Assembly (NCBI GenBank): GCA_030524055.1
Contig: JAUNHH010000005.1
Coordinates: 8,334-72,333, forward strand
Length of the DNA: 64,000 nt
Reading direction: 5' to 3'
Source: Actinomycetaceae bacterium
GTDB taxonomy: Bacteria > Actinomycetota > Actinomycetes > Actinomycetales > Actinomycetaceae
In this document: piece by piece, positions 1 to 9,726 of the stretch
How positions within the stretch are numbered: the stretch's first letter is position 1
How the letters are laid out: every line of letters starts with the position of its first letter
Notes under the pieces: generated by a model
The model's database searches: none
The model's input: only the letters and a program-made list of their open reading frames with translations
What the model was told of the DNA's origin: nothing
Program-made: the position numbers and the translations under genes

Positions 1-663
1 CGGCCCAACTAATGCCGTCATCCGGGAACGTAAATCATCGGCAGTTGTCTGAGCAATGACCTTCCCGGAACTCAATACAATGAGATCCTCAATGAGATTT
101 TCCAGCTCGGAAATTAAATGAGTGGAGAGGATGACTGCGCTATTGCTGGAGCTTGCAAGCTCAATAATCTCCTCATATAGGGCGTAGCGGCTCGGCACAT
201 CCATATGTGCCTGAACTTCATCCAGGAAAATCATCGGTGCCTGACTTGCCAGTGAAATACAGGCAGCAAACATTGATTTTTGACCGGTTGATACCCGGGC
301 GAGGTTCTTTTTCTGTGGCATACCAAAACGCCCAATAAGATGCTGGAAAAGATCCTCATTCCAGGTGGGGCGGCAACGCGCAAAATTCAGAATGGAAGGA
401 ACCCTCATTGCGACTAATTCGCTGCCATCACCTACATAGGAGCACACACCCAATAGGTCATCGGGAGTCATTTCCTTGCCCTCAAAGAAAACCTTTCCCG
501 AGGTAGGAAACATGTGACCGCTGAGGATCCGCATCAAAGTACTCTTGCCGGAACCATTTGGTCCGATAATTCCTGAAATAGTTCCCTTGCGAAGGGTAAT
601 AGTGGCGTTATCCAGTGCGAGAGTGGACTTATATGTATGGCTCAAAGCCTGTGTAGTAATCAT
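1..663 (-). CDS. ABC transporter ATP-binding protein (N-terminal part; gene runs off the window start)
   Basis: Minus-strand ORF open at the window edge, so absent from the ORF track; ATG at 661-663. Translation MITTQALSHTYKSTLALDNATITLRKGTISGIIGPNGSGKSTLMRILSGH contains Walker A GPNGSGKST. It starts 11 nt after the GntR gene stop, suggesting a ytrA-like regulator+ABC operon. Confidence 0.75.
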   Translation of the reverse strand, partial: MITTQALSHTYKSTLALDNATITLRKGTISGIIGPNGSGKSTLMRILSGHMFPTSGKVFFEGKEMTPDDLLGVCSYVGDGSELVAMRVPSILNFARCRPTWNEDLFQHLIGRFGMPQKKNLARVSTGQKSMFAACISLASQAPMIFLDEVQAHMDVPSRYALYEEIIELASSSNSAVILSTHLISELENLIEDLIVLSSGKVIAQTTADDLRSRMTALVGP

Positions 664-674
664 CTTTTTTCCTT

Positions 675-1046
675 TCAGGGGCGCTGGCCGCGCAGGTAGG
701 TGCGAATATGGTCAATAAGGGCTTCTTCATCGAGTCCAAGAGACAACGCCTTATCCAGTGCTGGGTCTAAGGTGTCTTCCCAGTACAGACTCCGCCCTCG
801 TTCACGAAGACGTTCACGCGCCCCTGTTCGCACAAACATCCCGATGCCGCGTCGCTTCTCTAGAAGCTGGTCATCAATGAGTTGGGCAAAGGCCTTTGCT
901 GCAGTCGCTGGATTAATCCGATATGTCGTTGCATATGCCGTTGTAGACATCACCTGATCCCCTTCCTTCAACGTGCCGGTGAGGATCTGGGTACGAATGT
1001 CATCCGCAATCTGGATGTAGATCGGAGTGACTGAGTCAAAGTGCAT
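675..1046 (-). CDS. GntR-family (YtrA-like) transcriptional regulator
   Basis: 123-aa ORF; N-terminal winged-HTH pattern (IYIQIADDIRTQILTGTLKEGDQV...STTAYATTYRINPATAAKAFAQLIDDQLL) is typical of short GntR/YtrA regulators; it precedes the ABC ATPase gene. Confidence 0.75.
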   Translation of the reverse strand: MHFDSVTPIYIQIADDIRTQILTGTLKEGDQVMSTTAYATTYRINPATAAKAFAQLIDDQLLEKRRGIGMFVRTGARERLRERGRSLYWEDTLDPALDKALSLGLDEEALIDHIRTYLRGQRP

Positions 1047-1091
1047 GCCTGAATCCTCCTTCCGTAAGACGGTGCTTCAAGGCCGGTGCCT

Positions 1092-1117
1092 TGGTTCATT
1101 ACTCGACTAATGAACCA
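1092..1117. promoter_or_regulatory. Perfect 10-bp inverted repeat TGGTTCATTA-N6-TAATGAACCA; putative GntR autoregulatory operator
   Basis: Palindrome read directly from the sequence ~45 nt upstream of the GntR start codon (1046, minus strand); YtrA-type regulators bind palindromic operators in their own promoters. Confidence 0.45.
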
Positions 1118-1360
1118 TGGAAGTAGTGAGGCTGTCAATCGTCAAGCGTGTATGACGCTGGTCTCTTTCGGCTTTTACCTGCGTATATAGCCGTAATTTC
1201 GACAGAAAATCCCGCGCGTTTTCCGGGCTCCAGGACTCGCTCGCGCCCCGCCCTCGTCACTCGAGTAAAGAACCTCGCCTACGCCGCGCCCGTGCAGGCG
1301 TGTCAGGGCCCACCATGCGGAAATGTCTCAACACCACCCAACGCGACTAAACTTTCGAAG

Positions 1361-2959
1361 GTGACTGACGCAGCAGTGAACCCAGAGATTGACCCAACTA
1401 CAGAGGATGACGCTCCCGAGCAGGTGCGTGTCCGGGCCGATAAGCGTGCGCGACTCCTCGACGCCGGGCAGGAGGCATACCCCGTCGTTCTGCCCATTAC
1501 ATCGACGATTGCCGAGATTCGCGCCAACTACGCCCACCTTGAGGTTGCCGAAGAAACGCAAGACCTTGTGGGTATTGCTGGGCGCGTCGTTTTGGCGCGA
1601 AATGGTGGAAAACTCTGCTTCGCTACCCTGCAAGACGGTGCGGGGCAGCGCATTCAAGTCATGCTGTCGCTGGCAGAAGTAGGCGAGGAATCCTTAGCTG
1701 CCTATAAAGCGGATGTGGACCTTGGGGATCACCTTTTTGTTCACGGCCGAGTCATTTCATCGCGCCGCGGGGAATTGTCTATTTTGGCGTGCCCAGGAGT
1801 TGCCCCCGCAGACCTCTTTACTCCAGGAATTCACGAGGGCGATGCCATTCCTGCCTGGCAAATCGCAGCGAAGTCATTACGCCCATTGCCAAAGACATAT
1901 ACAGCGGCTGATGGGACAGAAATGTCTCTCACCGAAGATATGCGTATTCGGCGCCGTTATCTCGATATGATTGTGCGCCCTGCCGCCCGCGATATGGTGC
2001 GACTTCGTGCAGCAGTAGTGAAGTCATTGCGCGCCTATTTCGACGAGGCCGGGTTTATTGAAATCGAAACTCCCATGCTGCAAAATCTGCATGGTGGTGC
2101 GGCAGCTCGCCCATTTTCTACGCATATGAATGCCTATGACACGGAGCTCTTTTTGCGTATTGCTCCGGAGCTTTTCCTTAAGCGCGCAGTTGTGGGCGGC
2201 GTCGATAAAGTCTTCGAGATTAACCGGAATTTCCGCAATGAGGGAGCCGATTCTTCGCACTCCCCAGAATTCACCATGCTTGAAGCCTATGAAGCCTACG
2301 GCTCCTATGACACGATGGCCCGCCGCACCCGCGAGTTTATTCAGCGGGCAGCGCGCGACGCTTTCGGCACGGAAGTGGTGACTTTGGCTGATGGCACTAC
2401 TTATGACCTTTCTGGTTCATGGCGTGAAATCTCGATGTTTGACGCCACTGCCGAGGCCTTGGGACGCGACTTCAGCGTGGACACCCCGCGCGATGAGTTG
2501 GTGAAAATCGCCGAGGAACTGGGTGAAGATGTCCCCGACCACTGGGGTCCTGGCAAGGTTGCCGAAGTGATTTTCGAGGCCGCTGTTGGGGATGACCTGT
2601 GGGAGCCCACCTTCGTGCGCGACTACCCGGAGGATTCCTCGCCGCTGACCCGTGGGCACCGCTCGAAGCCAGGATTGGTCGAAAAATGGGATCTGTATGT
2701 GCGCGGATTTGAGCTGGCCACAGCCTATTCCGAGCTGGTGGACCCCGTGATTCAGCGTCAGCGTTTTGAATCTCAAGCGTTGGCTGCCGCTAATGGTGAC
2801 CCTGAAGCAATGGTCTTGGATGAAGACTTCCTGCTGGCCATGGAATATGGCATGCCGCCAGCCGGTGGTATGGGTATGGGTCTGGACCGCCTGCTGATGG
2901 CTCTGACCGGGCAAGGCATTCGCGAGACCATTACCTTCCCACTGGTCAAGCGACTCTGA
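1361..2959 (+). CDS. lysS: Lysine--tRNA ligase (class II)
   Basis: ORF 1148..2959 contains class-II LysRS motifs ([43 protein letters not shown]) and aligns along its length with actinobacterial LysS. The conserved N-terminus (…[19 protein letters not shown]) begins near GTG 1361, in frame; the first ~70 codons of the track ORF look non-coding. Start uncertain. Confidence 0.85.
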   Translation: MTDAAVNPEIDPTTEDDAPEQVRVRADKRARLLDAGQEAYPVVLPITSTIAEIRANYAHLEVAEETQDLVGIAGRVVLARNGGKLCFATLQDGAGQRIQVMLSLAEVGEESLAAYKADVDLGDHLFVHGRVISSRRGELSILACPGVAPADLFTPGIHEGDAIPAWQIAAKSLRPLPKTYTAADGTEMSLTEDMRIRRRYLDMIVRPAARDMVRLRAAVVKSLRAYFDEAGFIEIETPMLQNLHGGAAARPFSTHMNAYDTELFLRIAPELFLKRAVVGGVDKVFEINRNFRNEGADSSHSPEFTMLEAYEAYGSYDTMARRTREFIQRAARDAFGTEVVTLADGTTYDLSGSWREISMFDATAEALGRDFSVDTPRDELVKIAEELGEDVPDHWGPGKVAEVIFEAAVGDDLWEPTFVRDYPEDSSPLTRGHRSKPGLVEKWDLYVRGFELATAYSELVDPVIQRQRFESQALAAANGDPEAMVLDEDFLLAMEYGMPPAGGMGMGLDRLLMALTGQGIRETITFPLVKRL

Positions 2960-2971
2960 TGTAGACCTGCG

Positions 2972-3008
2972 TTAAAGGCCGCCCGTCAGGTGAGGGGCGG
3001 CCTTTTGC
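2972..3008 (+). terminator. Rho-independent terminator after lysS
   Basis: GC hairpin AGGCCGCCC-gtcaggtga-GGGCGGCCT followed by TTTT, directly after the lysS stop. Confidence 0.6.
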
Positions 3009-3159
3009 GTGCGCTAATCACCCTCGCACTCTGCATTGCGAGTGTCGTCAGCCAGGGGAAATTGTGCGCACAGATGCCGCTCGATAGTGCGTCGCGGCAG
3101 GGGCGAGTACCTGGGGAACTTTGTGAAGGGTATTCCTGAGGTGGAAGGCGGTAAACATA

Positions 3160-3306
3160 GTGTTAGGGACAAAACCCTCTAATTAAGGCCAATACCCCAC
3201 AGTTAGGGACTAACACCTCATGTTATATCTATAGGAATTGGTCTCTAAGTATAGGTGTTTGTCCCTAAGTATAGATATTTGTCCTTAAGAGTAGGAATGC
3301 TCCTAG
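3160..3306. repeat. AT-rich segment with four copies of a TTAGGGACAAA-like motif (two direct, two inverted)
   Basis: GTTAGGGACAAAAC, GTTAGGGACTAACAC, then GTTTGTCCCTAAG and ATTTGTCCTTAAG (reverse complements) within ~150 bp of unusually low GC, between lysS and the CPBP protease gene. Confidence 0.5.
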
Positions 3307-3468
3307 TGTCGGAAGGTAGGCCGTGCAACTCCCTTCGAGTGTGAGGCAATCATTGACCTGCTAAGAGGACTTTTCTTAGGCAGTGCATCGCAGGATGGGT
3401 GGTAGTGGCCATCTCCAGACGCAATCGAAAATCCTCCACACGGCCCTAGCGGCCAAAGTGTCTGGAAT

Positions 3469-4524
3469 ATGAGGATTGTGCCAGCGCCTGAGGTAGGTGA
3501 CCTCACGCGGAGAGGATCACTCATGGAACCTAAGATGACATTGCACGTGCGCGGCGATGGGCGTGCCTCTGCTCACGAAATGCCTCCGGATAGTGGCGCA
3601 CATTCTGCGTCTTCCCGACGCGCAGCGTGGCGCATCATAGGCGTGTTTATTTCCCTAGTTTTTGTGTCTGCATGGCTTTTTGCTATTCCTATGTGGATTT
3701 TTGGCCACGAGACGGCTAATCCTATTTATTTATTCTCCTCCACATTCTTTATGCTCAGCCCAGCAATTGTGGCAATTGGTGTGGTGTACTTTCTTGAGGG
3801 GCGCCCTATACTCTCTTCCCTTGCCTTGAACCTTAGAGGTAAATGGCGTCGAGTGCTGGTGAGTATTCCTATTGCTATTCTTGTGGCAATTGCTATTTCT
3901 CTGCTGACTTCTTTATCTTCAGCGCTGCTCGGCACCTATCATTTCGATTTTCTTAACCTGTCTAATCTGCCTGCATTCTTTGCGCAACTGGGGCAGAACC
4001 TCTCTGAAGATGGCAATATGCAGGCGGCCTTCTTGCAGGCAATGGCTATTACTGCGCCAATAATGTTGATTGGCGGATTGATTGGAACGATGGGCGAAGA
4101 AATAGGATGGCATGCCTGGCTATATCCGCGACTACGCGAACTTATGGGTATCCCATCTGCCATGATCATCACCGGCATTGTATGGGGATTATGGCATGCG
4201 CCAGTGATTCTTCTGGGCCACAATTACCCGTCAAACCCGCCGCTGGGAGTTGTCATGATGATTGGTGTCTGTATTCTCCTTACAGGTCCCATCCAAGTCC
4301 TAATGAATTGGGCGGGCACGGTATGGACGGCAGCTATTATGCACGCCGCTATTAACTCCTATGGTGTTGTCTTTTACTTTGGCCTCCAGGATGGTGCGCG
4401 CCCGGCAGATGCTCTGTGGGCGGGGACGACTGGTATGGGTGGATGGCCGGCGGGGATCGCAATTTTCCTTGTCTGTCTTGTCATCCTGAAACGCCAAGAA
4501 CGGAAGGGAGAAGTCTCCTCCTAG
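3469..4524 (+). CDS. CPBP-family (CAAX protease / Abi-domain) intramembrane metalloprotease
   Basis: Multi-TM protein with the CPBP motifs GEEIGWHAWLYPRL (EExxxR), WGLWHAP (FxxxH) and HAAINSY (HxxxN). Start may be the downstream ATG at ~3522 (MEPKMT…). Confidence 0.7.
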   Translation: MRIVPAPEVGDLTRRGSLMEPKMTLHVRGDGRASAHEMPPDSGAHSASSRRAAWRIIGVFISLVFVSAWLFAIPMWIFGHETANPIYLFSSTFFMLSPAIVAIGVVYFLEGRPILSSLALNLRGKWRRVLVSIPIAILVAIAISLLTSLSSALLGTYHFDFLNLSNLPAFFAQLGQNLSEDGNMQAAFLQAMAITAPIMLIGGLIGTMGEEIGWHAWLYPRLRELMGIPSAMIITGIVWGLWHAPVILLGHNYPSNPPLGVVMMIGVCILLTGPIQVLMNWAGTVWTAAIMHAAINSYGVVFYFGLQDGARPADALWAGTTGMGGWPAGIAIFLVCLVILKRQERKGEVSS

Positions 4525-4588
4525 GGCTGTCACTCTTTAGTGCGCCCCGTCCTCGTTTCTATTGGCGAGGGCGGGGCTCATCCACCCA

Positions 4589-4740
4589 AGCCCCATCGCG
4601 CACGCGGACAGTGCTATTTGATGCGCCGCGGCTTGGGTGATGATCATACAAGCCCCATCGCGCACGCGGACAGTGCCCAATCAGCGCGGGCTTAACCTGA
4701 TCAAACCATCCCAGCCCCATCGCGCACGTGGACAAAGCGC
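4589..4740. repeat. Three direct copies of the 24-mer AGCCCCATCGCGCACGCGGACAGTGC with ~38-nt spacers
   Basis: Units at ~4589, 4651 and 4713; the third merges into the family-B palindromic element. Only three copies and no cas genes. Confidence 0.6.
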
Positions 4741-4995
4741 CGCGAGGATGTGTTTTCAGCGGGCGATTGTCGTTGTGGCGGCGGTTTGTCAGTTGGGGCT
4801 GTGGGACCGAAATTTCTGACCTGCATAAATAGGTGCGCCCCTGGGATGCAGGTGTCGATTCTCGTTGTGTCAGCCGGACAACCCGCTGCGAGGATGTGTT
4901 TCTGGCGGCGGTTCTGCGTTGTGGCGGCGGTTTGTCAGTCAGAGCCGAGGGTCCGTAATTGCCGACCTGCGCAAATGGTGCCCCGCCCTCTTCTG
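4733..4995. repeat. Family-B composite palindromic repeat array (two ~145-bp units)
   Basis: Unit = hairpin module GACAAAGCGCCGCGAGGA…TTGTGGCGGCGGTTTGTCAG plus conserved module GGGACCGAAATTnCTGACCTGCGCAAATAGGTG; recurs at 7560-7800 (reverse complement), 15780-15990, 26270-26440 and 33500-33890. Confidence 0.6.
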
Positions 4996-5195
4996 CGGCA
5001 AGTTTTCCGCCTACGATTCAGCGGAATCCTCGGTGAAAAAGGATGTTCAATTCTCCTTTCTCATCAGCTACCATGGCCGTGTAGGGCCCAATAAATAGGG
5101 GGCTCGCTAGCGTTATTACTGCGGACACCGAGGTCTGCGTGGCGCGAGTACCCCGCTGTATTCCATTGACATGACGGAAGAAAAGGGGATAAGTC

Positions 5196-6851
5196 ATGGA
5201 AGCGATAATGACCAGTCTGCAACGATTGGGGCGCGCATTAATGGGGGCAGTTGCTGTGATGCCAGTGGCGGCGCTCCTGATGGGTATTGGCTATTGGATT
5301 GACCCCACTGGTTGGGGAAATGGAAATATTCTTGCCCTCGTTCTCATTACCTCAGGGAAAGCCGTTTTAGATAATCTCGGGGTGATTTTCGCTATTGCTG
5401 TGGCTTTTGGGCTATCTAAAGAAAGCCATGGTGCGGCCGCCTTATCTGGATGGCTTGGCTTTATGACAGTCACCACCCTGCTGAATAAAAAGCAGGTTGC
5501 CGTTTACCAAGGTCATGTTTATGACGACCTTGAAAAGGTGATCGAGCAGTGCGCAAACTACAAGATCGTCGAAGAGGGAATCGACTGTTCGACGTTAAGC
5601 GCCGCCGAAGAATATATGACCTCCTTGGCCCAATATGGGTGGGAAGCTATGACTGGAGGCAATGTTTTTGTCGGTATTTCCAGCGGTATCCTTGCTGCCT
5701 GGACCTATAACAGATTCTCCGCAACGAAATTACCTGATTTTCTCGCCTTCTTTTCTGGGCGCCGCCTCGTCCCGATTCTTACCTCCGTCTTTTCTATTGC
5801 CCTGTCCTTTATTCTCTACTTTGTCTGGCCGCTCCTCTATTTCGGCCTAGTGCGCTTCGGCGACTGGATTCAAGGGCTAGGACCTATTGGCGCTGGCATT
5901 TATGGCTTCTTCAATCGCCTTCTTATCCCAACCGGCCTACACCACGCCCTCAATCAGGTTTTCTGGTTCGACCTTGTGGGCATTAACGATATTGGGGATT
6001 TCCTTGGGGGACAGGCAACTATTGAAAGTGCCGCCGCAGCAAAAGATGCCGCAAGCTGTCCGGGAGTATGGAATGCTGGCACTTCAACCTGCGAAGTGGT
6101 GGGCTATGTGGGAATGTATCAAGCGGGATTCTTCCCGGTCATGATGTTTGGCCTCCCAGCTGCTGCTTTAGCAATCTATTTACGCGCGGAAGATCGTCGA
6201 AAGAAAGTCGTGGGTTCGCTGATGATGGCGGGCGCTCTTTCGGCATTCTTTACTGGTGTCACCGAGCCCCTCGAATTTGCCTTTATGTTTGTCGCCCCGG
6301 TGTTATATCTGATCCACGCTCTTTTAACGGGCCTTTCTTTGGCGGTTGCCTCATTCTTTAATTGGACCTCAGGATTCGGCTTTTCCGCGGGATTTGTCGA
6401 TATGGCTCTTTCTGCACGTAATCCCGTGGCGAATGAATGGTGGATGTTGATTCTCCAGGGTGTAGTGTGGGCGATTATTTATTTCCTCGTCTTCTATTAT
6501 CTGATTCCGCTGCTGAAATTGCCAACCCCTGGTCGGGAAACAGAAGAGGACCCCGCCCTCGTTAATGATGACGAAGAGGAGGATGCTGATCTTGGGCGTG
6601 GCGCTGCCCTTATTATTGAAGGGCTCGGTGGAGTAGAGAATATCGATTCTCTTGAGCATTGCGCAACGCGCCTACGTGCTATTGTTCGTGACCCTGATTC
6701 GGTTGATGAATCACGGATTCGGCAAGCAGGAATTGCGGGGATTATCCGGCCCTCAAAGAAGGGGGTTCAAGTGGTGATTGGTCCTCAGGTGCAAATGTGG
6801 CATGACGAAGTCAGTCGGCAAATGGCTTTGTCTCCCACCACGGAAGAGTAA
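5196..6851 (+). CDS. PTS transporter subunit EIICB (glucose/N-acetylglucosamine family)
   Basis: N-terminal glucose-family EIIC membrane domain; C-terminal EIIB domain with active-site cysteine context (NIDSLEHCATRLRAIVRD); acidic linker between domains. Confidence 0.85.
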   Translation: MEAIMTSLQRLGRALMGAVAVMPVAALLMGIGYWIDPTGWGNGNILALVLITSGKAVLDNLGVIFAIAVAFGLSKESHGAAALSGWLGFMTVTTLLNKKQVAVYQGHVYDDLEKVIEQCANYKIVEEGIDCSTLSAAEEYMTSLAQYGWEAMTGGNVFVGISSGILAAWTYNRFSATKLPDFLAFFSGRRLVPILTSVFSIALSFILYFVWPLLYFGLVRFGDWIQGLGPIGAGIYGFFNRLLIPTGLHHALNQVFWFDLVGINDIGDFLGGQATIESAAAAKDAASCPGVWNAGTSTCEVVGYVGMYQAGFFPVMMFGLPAAALAIYLRAEDRRKKVVGSLMMAGALSAFFTGVTEPLEFAFMFVAPVLYLIHALLTGLSLAVASFFNWTSGFGFSAGFVDMALSARNPVANEWWMLILQGVVWAIIYFLVFYYLIPLLKLPTPGRETEEDPALVNDDEEEDADLGRGAALIIEGLGGVENIDSLEHCATRLRAIVRDPDSVDESRIRQAGIAGIIRPSKKGVQVVIGPQVQMWHDEVSRQMALSPTTEE

Positions 6852-6867
6852 GGAAGCGCTCCGCCCT

Positions 6868-6902
6868 CGTTCCTATTTTTACGAGGGCGGAGTCGCACCT
6901 TC
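6868..6902. terminator. Bidirectional hairpin CCGCCCTCGT-loop-ACGAGGGCGG between the convergent PTS and kinase genes
   Basis: Perfect family-A inverted pair with loop TCCTATTTTT, at the PTS stop and the 3' end of the convergent minus-strand gene. Confidence 0.6.
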
Positions 6903-7511
6903 TTCACGCGCGAGTAAACGCAAACGCTGCTCTGCTTGCTCTAAAGAGGGGATAGGGCGTGCTCCATCAGCAATCCACTTTTTCACCTGTCGAGGTTCCC
7001 CAATAGCAAGATGAGCGCCGCGCCATAATAAAATCGGTGTTGATTTTCGCCCTTCCCCTAAATCACGCAGGAGCCGAAACCACATATTTCTTAAGGGGGA
7101 GCGGGCAATACATAAGGCGTCGGCAAGAACGCCAGCCGATTTCAGATCGCTAATCAGAGTGGTCGCAAAAATGCCTTCCGCAATAAAAATTCGCTGCTCT
7201 GGCGCTAAAGTCCACGTCATTGTGCCAGTGCGCAGACTTGTAGGAATATCGTAGACGGGAATCCGTGCCTGACCGGTTCGGCATAGCGTTAAAAGTGCCT
7301 CTAATGCGTCGCCTCGATTCCACGACTCAGGGGTGTCCCAATCGATAATGCCATTCGCGAAACGTGGCATATCGGCTTCGGTGTGATCGCGATAAAAGTG
7401 GTCTAAAGACAATGCGGGAATACCCGTCCGGGTACTTAATGAGGTTTTACCGCTGCCAGAGGGCCCGGCCAAAATAATGACGCGGGCGCGAAGATGCTGA
7501 GAAGAGGGCAC
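6879..7511 (-). CDS. Uridine kinase/phosphoribulokinase-family P-loop kinase
   Basis: Walker A ILAGPSGSGKTSL plus PRK/Udk-like fold features. The track ORF (to 7778) extends upstream into the repeat array; the likely start is GTG at 7511 (VPSSQHLRARVIILAG…). Start uncertain. Confidence 0.55.
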   Translation of the reverse strand: MPSSQHLRARVIILAGPSGSGKTSLSTRTGIPALSLDHFYRDHTEADMPRFANGIIDWDTPESWNRGDALEALLTLCRTGQARIPVYDIPTSLRTGTMTWTLAPEQRIFIAEGIFATTLISDLKSAGVLADALCIARSPLRNMWFRLLRDLGEGRKSTPILLWRGAHLAIGEPRQVKKWIADGARPIPSLEQAEQRLRLLAREEGATPPS

Positions 7512-7559
7512 CGCCAAAGCATAGTCCGCCGCGGTCGGGCGCCACGCGCTGGGGCGTAA

Positions 7560-7800
7560 TCGGCCAGAACAAACCGCGTCCACAATGACAATTGTTCGTG
7601 TGCAAACACGTCCTGGCGGCGGTTTGTATTGATGTACGAGGGCGGCGTCGCCATTTGTGCAGGTCGCCGTTTGCCGGTCAATAGTGCCAACTGACAAACC
7701 GCCGCCACAATGCACTTTGCTTGCCCAAAATACGTTGTCGTGGCGCTTTGTCGTAACGTGCGAGGGTGGGGCCGCCATTTGCGCTGGTCAGAATTATCGG
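7560..7800. repeat. Family-B palindromic repeat array (reverse orientation, ~2 units)
   Basis: CGTCCTGGCGGCGGTTTGT…GACAAACCGCCGCCACAATG and CATTTGTGCAGGTCGCC…, reverse complements of the 4733-4995 units. Confidence 0.6.
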
Positions 7801-8104
7801 CGTGCGACCTCAAAGCACAAGCCTCAGGCACGATAAGCGCCGACGTAGAAACAGCGAAGCCAGGACAATCGAATTCGGTAGCAGCGGAATTGTCTCGAAA
7901 ATCCTGGCTCTCGCGGTTCTTGTGGAGGCCATCGAGCGCCTAGTTCAGGCCTTGATGGGTCCGAACTAGAACCTCAGGGTGGGTCACTCGTTAGCAGCGG
8001 GTAGCCCATCTCTATGTCCTCTTGGGGTTAGGGTTACAGCGGTCTGCCCTACTGGCGCAGCGAAAAGTTGCCGCCAAGACTCGCGTATTGCTGCAGCAGC
8101 GGGC

Positions 8105-8638
8105 CTACGGCCTCGCTAAAGTCCGATCCGCATCCGTTAATTCCCTCAGCATTCGCGTATTGCCTAAGGTATTGGGCTTAAAGGCCGCCAAATCGAGGAA
8201 TTCTTTCACACCATCATCGTGGGACGACAGCATTTCGCGATATACATCTTCACCCACTGGCGTTCCCTCAATCACCTCAAATCCATGCCGCGCAAAAAAG
8301 TCCACCTCGAAAGTCAGGCAAAAAACGCGTTTGAGATCCAATCGTGCGGCCCGCTCCAATAATGACCGCAAGAGATTTGACCCGATATGGCGATGAAGGT
8401 GCTGCGGATGGACAGCTAATGTCCGAATTTCCGCAATGTCATCCCACAGCACATGTAAGGCGCCGCAGCCAATAATTTTCCCCGTTTCCGCATCCTCGGC
8501 CACAAGAAATTCCTGGATATCCTCGAAGTAGGCGATGAGCTCTTTGGATATCAATATGCGCCGCAAAGCGTAAGGCTCCACTAATGCCGCAATTGCGCGT
8601 GCGTCAGCGGGCCTGGCTGGCCGTAAAGTCCACGTCAC
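8105..8638 (-). CDS. GNAT-family N-acetyltransferase (short ArgA-like amino-acid N-acetyltransferase)
   Basis: 177-aa GNAT fold (…IIGCGALHVLWDDIAEIRTLAVHPQHLHRHIGSNLLRSLLE…); resembles the single-domain actinobacterial NAGS (Rv2747-like). Confidence 0.65.
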   Translation of the reverse strand: MTWTLRPARPADARAIAALVEPYALRRILISKELIAYFEDIQEFLVAEDAETGKIIGCGALHVLWDDIAEIRTLAVHPQHLHRHIGSNLLRSLLERAARLDLKRVFCLTFEVDFFARHGFEVIEGTPVGEDVYREMLSSHDDGVKEFLDLAAFKPNTLGNTRMLRELTDADRTLARP

Positions 8639-9615
8639 CGTACTCTCTTTCGCCGATGTGTCTTCGAGCGCACAAGTTCAAGAAGCTCACGCGCTGCACC
8701 TGCATCCAACACTAAATCGGTCACCACGCCCGCGCGCAACGCACCTAATAATGGCAGTGCTTTAGAGGACCCAGCCACAACACATAGTCGATGAGGAATC
8801 TGGCTTAACGTCTGAGGCGTGGGCCCAGAAGCCCGCGCATTTAGCTCCATATCTGTGCTCCCGTCCTCGCGAATAAGAACAGTACAGACATCCCCAACAA
8901 CACCATCGGCCCGTGCGGCCTCGATTTCCTCCTGTTCTAAATATCCCCCTGAATACACATGGGATGGCAGACGGGCAGACAGTGACCCCACCCCAAAAAG
9001 CGCAATATCGCAGGAATCAATGGTGTCAAGGACGGATCGAATGGCACGTTCACGCCACATAGCCTCTTTCGTAGAGGCGAAGTCGAAAAAGGCAGGCACA
9101 GGAAAATGCACTGTCCGTGCACCCAAAGCACCTGCCACCCGAGAAATCAATGCATCGGCATAGACCAGCCCCGCGTCAGTTGCTGTTCCCGCCCCATTGA
9201 GCTGCACCACTGTAGACCCGGGGAAACTCACGGGCTGTAGGCAGCGGGAAATCTCTGACGTGGTATTCCCCCAGGCAATCCCCAGCGTTGCCCCGGGAGT
9301 CATTAAATCAATCAGGCGTTCAGCAGCCACCATTGCCACATTATTTAACCGGCTGACTTCCGTATGAATATCCTGCACTGACACCACAGAGGTATGGACG
9401 CCAAATAATTCAGAAATCTGCCCGGCCAGGGTGGCTTTTAGTCCAGTCATTGGTGGGACGGAAATGCGTACCAGGCCAGTCTCGCGCGCATAGGCCAAAA
9501 GACGAGAGACAGATGATCGTGAAACGTTGAGATGGTGGGCAATCGTTGACATTGTGTGCCCTTGAAGGTAATACATGCACGCTGCTTCGTGTGCCTGTGT
9601 GTCACGCATGGTCAT
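8635..9615 (-). CDS. SorC/DeoR-family sugar-binding transcriptional regulator (probable glycerol operon regulator)
   Basis: N-terminal HTH (MSTIAHHLNVSRSSVSRLLAYARETGLVRI) and C-terminal SorC sugar-phosphate-binding domain; divergent from glpD. Start taken at the internal Met (MTMRDTQ…); the track ORF extends to 9636. Confidence 0.7.
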   Translation of the reverse strand: MTMRDTQAHEAACMYYLQGHTMSTIAHHLNVSRSSVSRLLAYARETGLVRISVPPMTGLKATLAGQISELFGVHTSVVSVQDIHTEVSRLNNVAMVAAERLIDLMTPGATLGIAWGNTTSEISRCLQPVSFPGSTVVQLNGAGTATDAGLVYADALISRVAGALGARTVHFPVPAFFDFASTKEAMWRERAIRSVLDTIDSCDIALFGVGSLSARLPSHVYSGGYLEQEEIEAARADGVVGDVCTVLIREDGSTDMELNARASGPTPQTLSQIPHRLCVVAGSSKALPLLGALRAGVVTDLVLDAGAARELLELVRSKTHRRKRVR

Positions 9616-9726
9616 AGCTAAGATTCTGCCATGCACATAGGTGCACTGCCATGCGAACAGATGTGCAGAAGTGGCAAGCTAGAGATAACACACTGTGACT
9701 CGACAACTACTCAACGAGGAGAAAAC

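Noticed and set aside
1148-1360. ATG 1148 as lysS start
   Set aside because: The first ~70 residues (Pro/Arg-rich) have no counterpart in LysS orthologues and overlap the intergenic repeat copy. The conserved N-terminus starts near GTG 1361.
4589-4740. Possible CRISPR array (24-nt direct repeat ×3 with ~38-nt spacers); the regularly spaced family-B arrays at 33500-33890 also looked CRISPR-like
   Set aside because: Only three units; the last merges into a different palindromic element; units contain internal inverted repeats and conserved 'spacer' blocks; no cas genes anywhere in the window. Treated as REP/MITE-like repeats.
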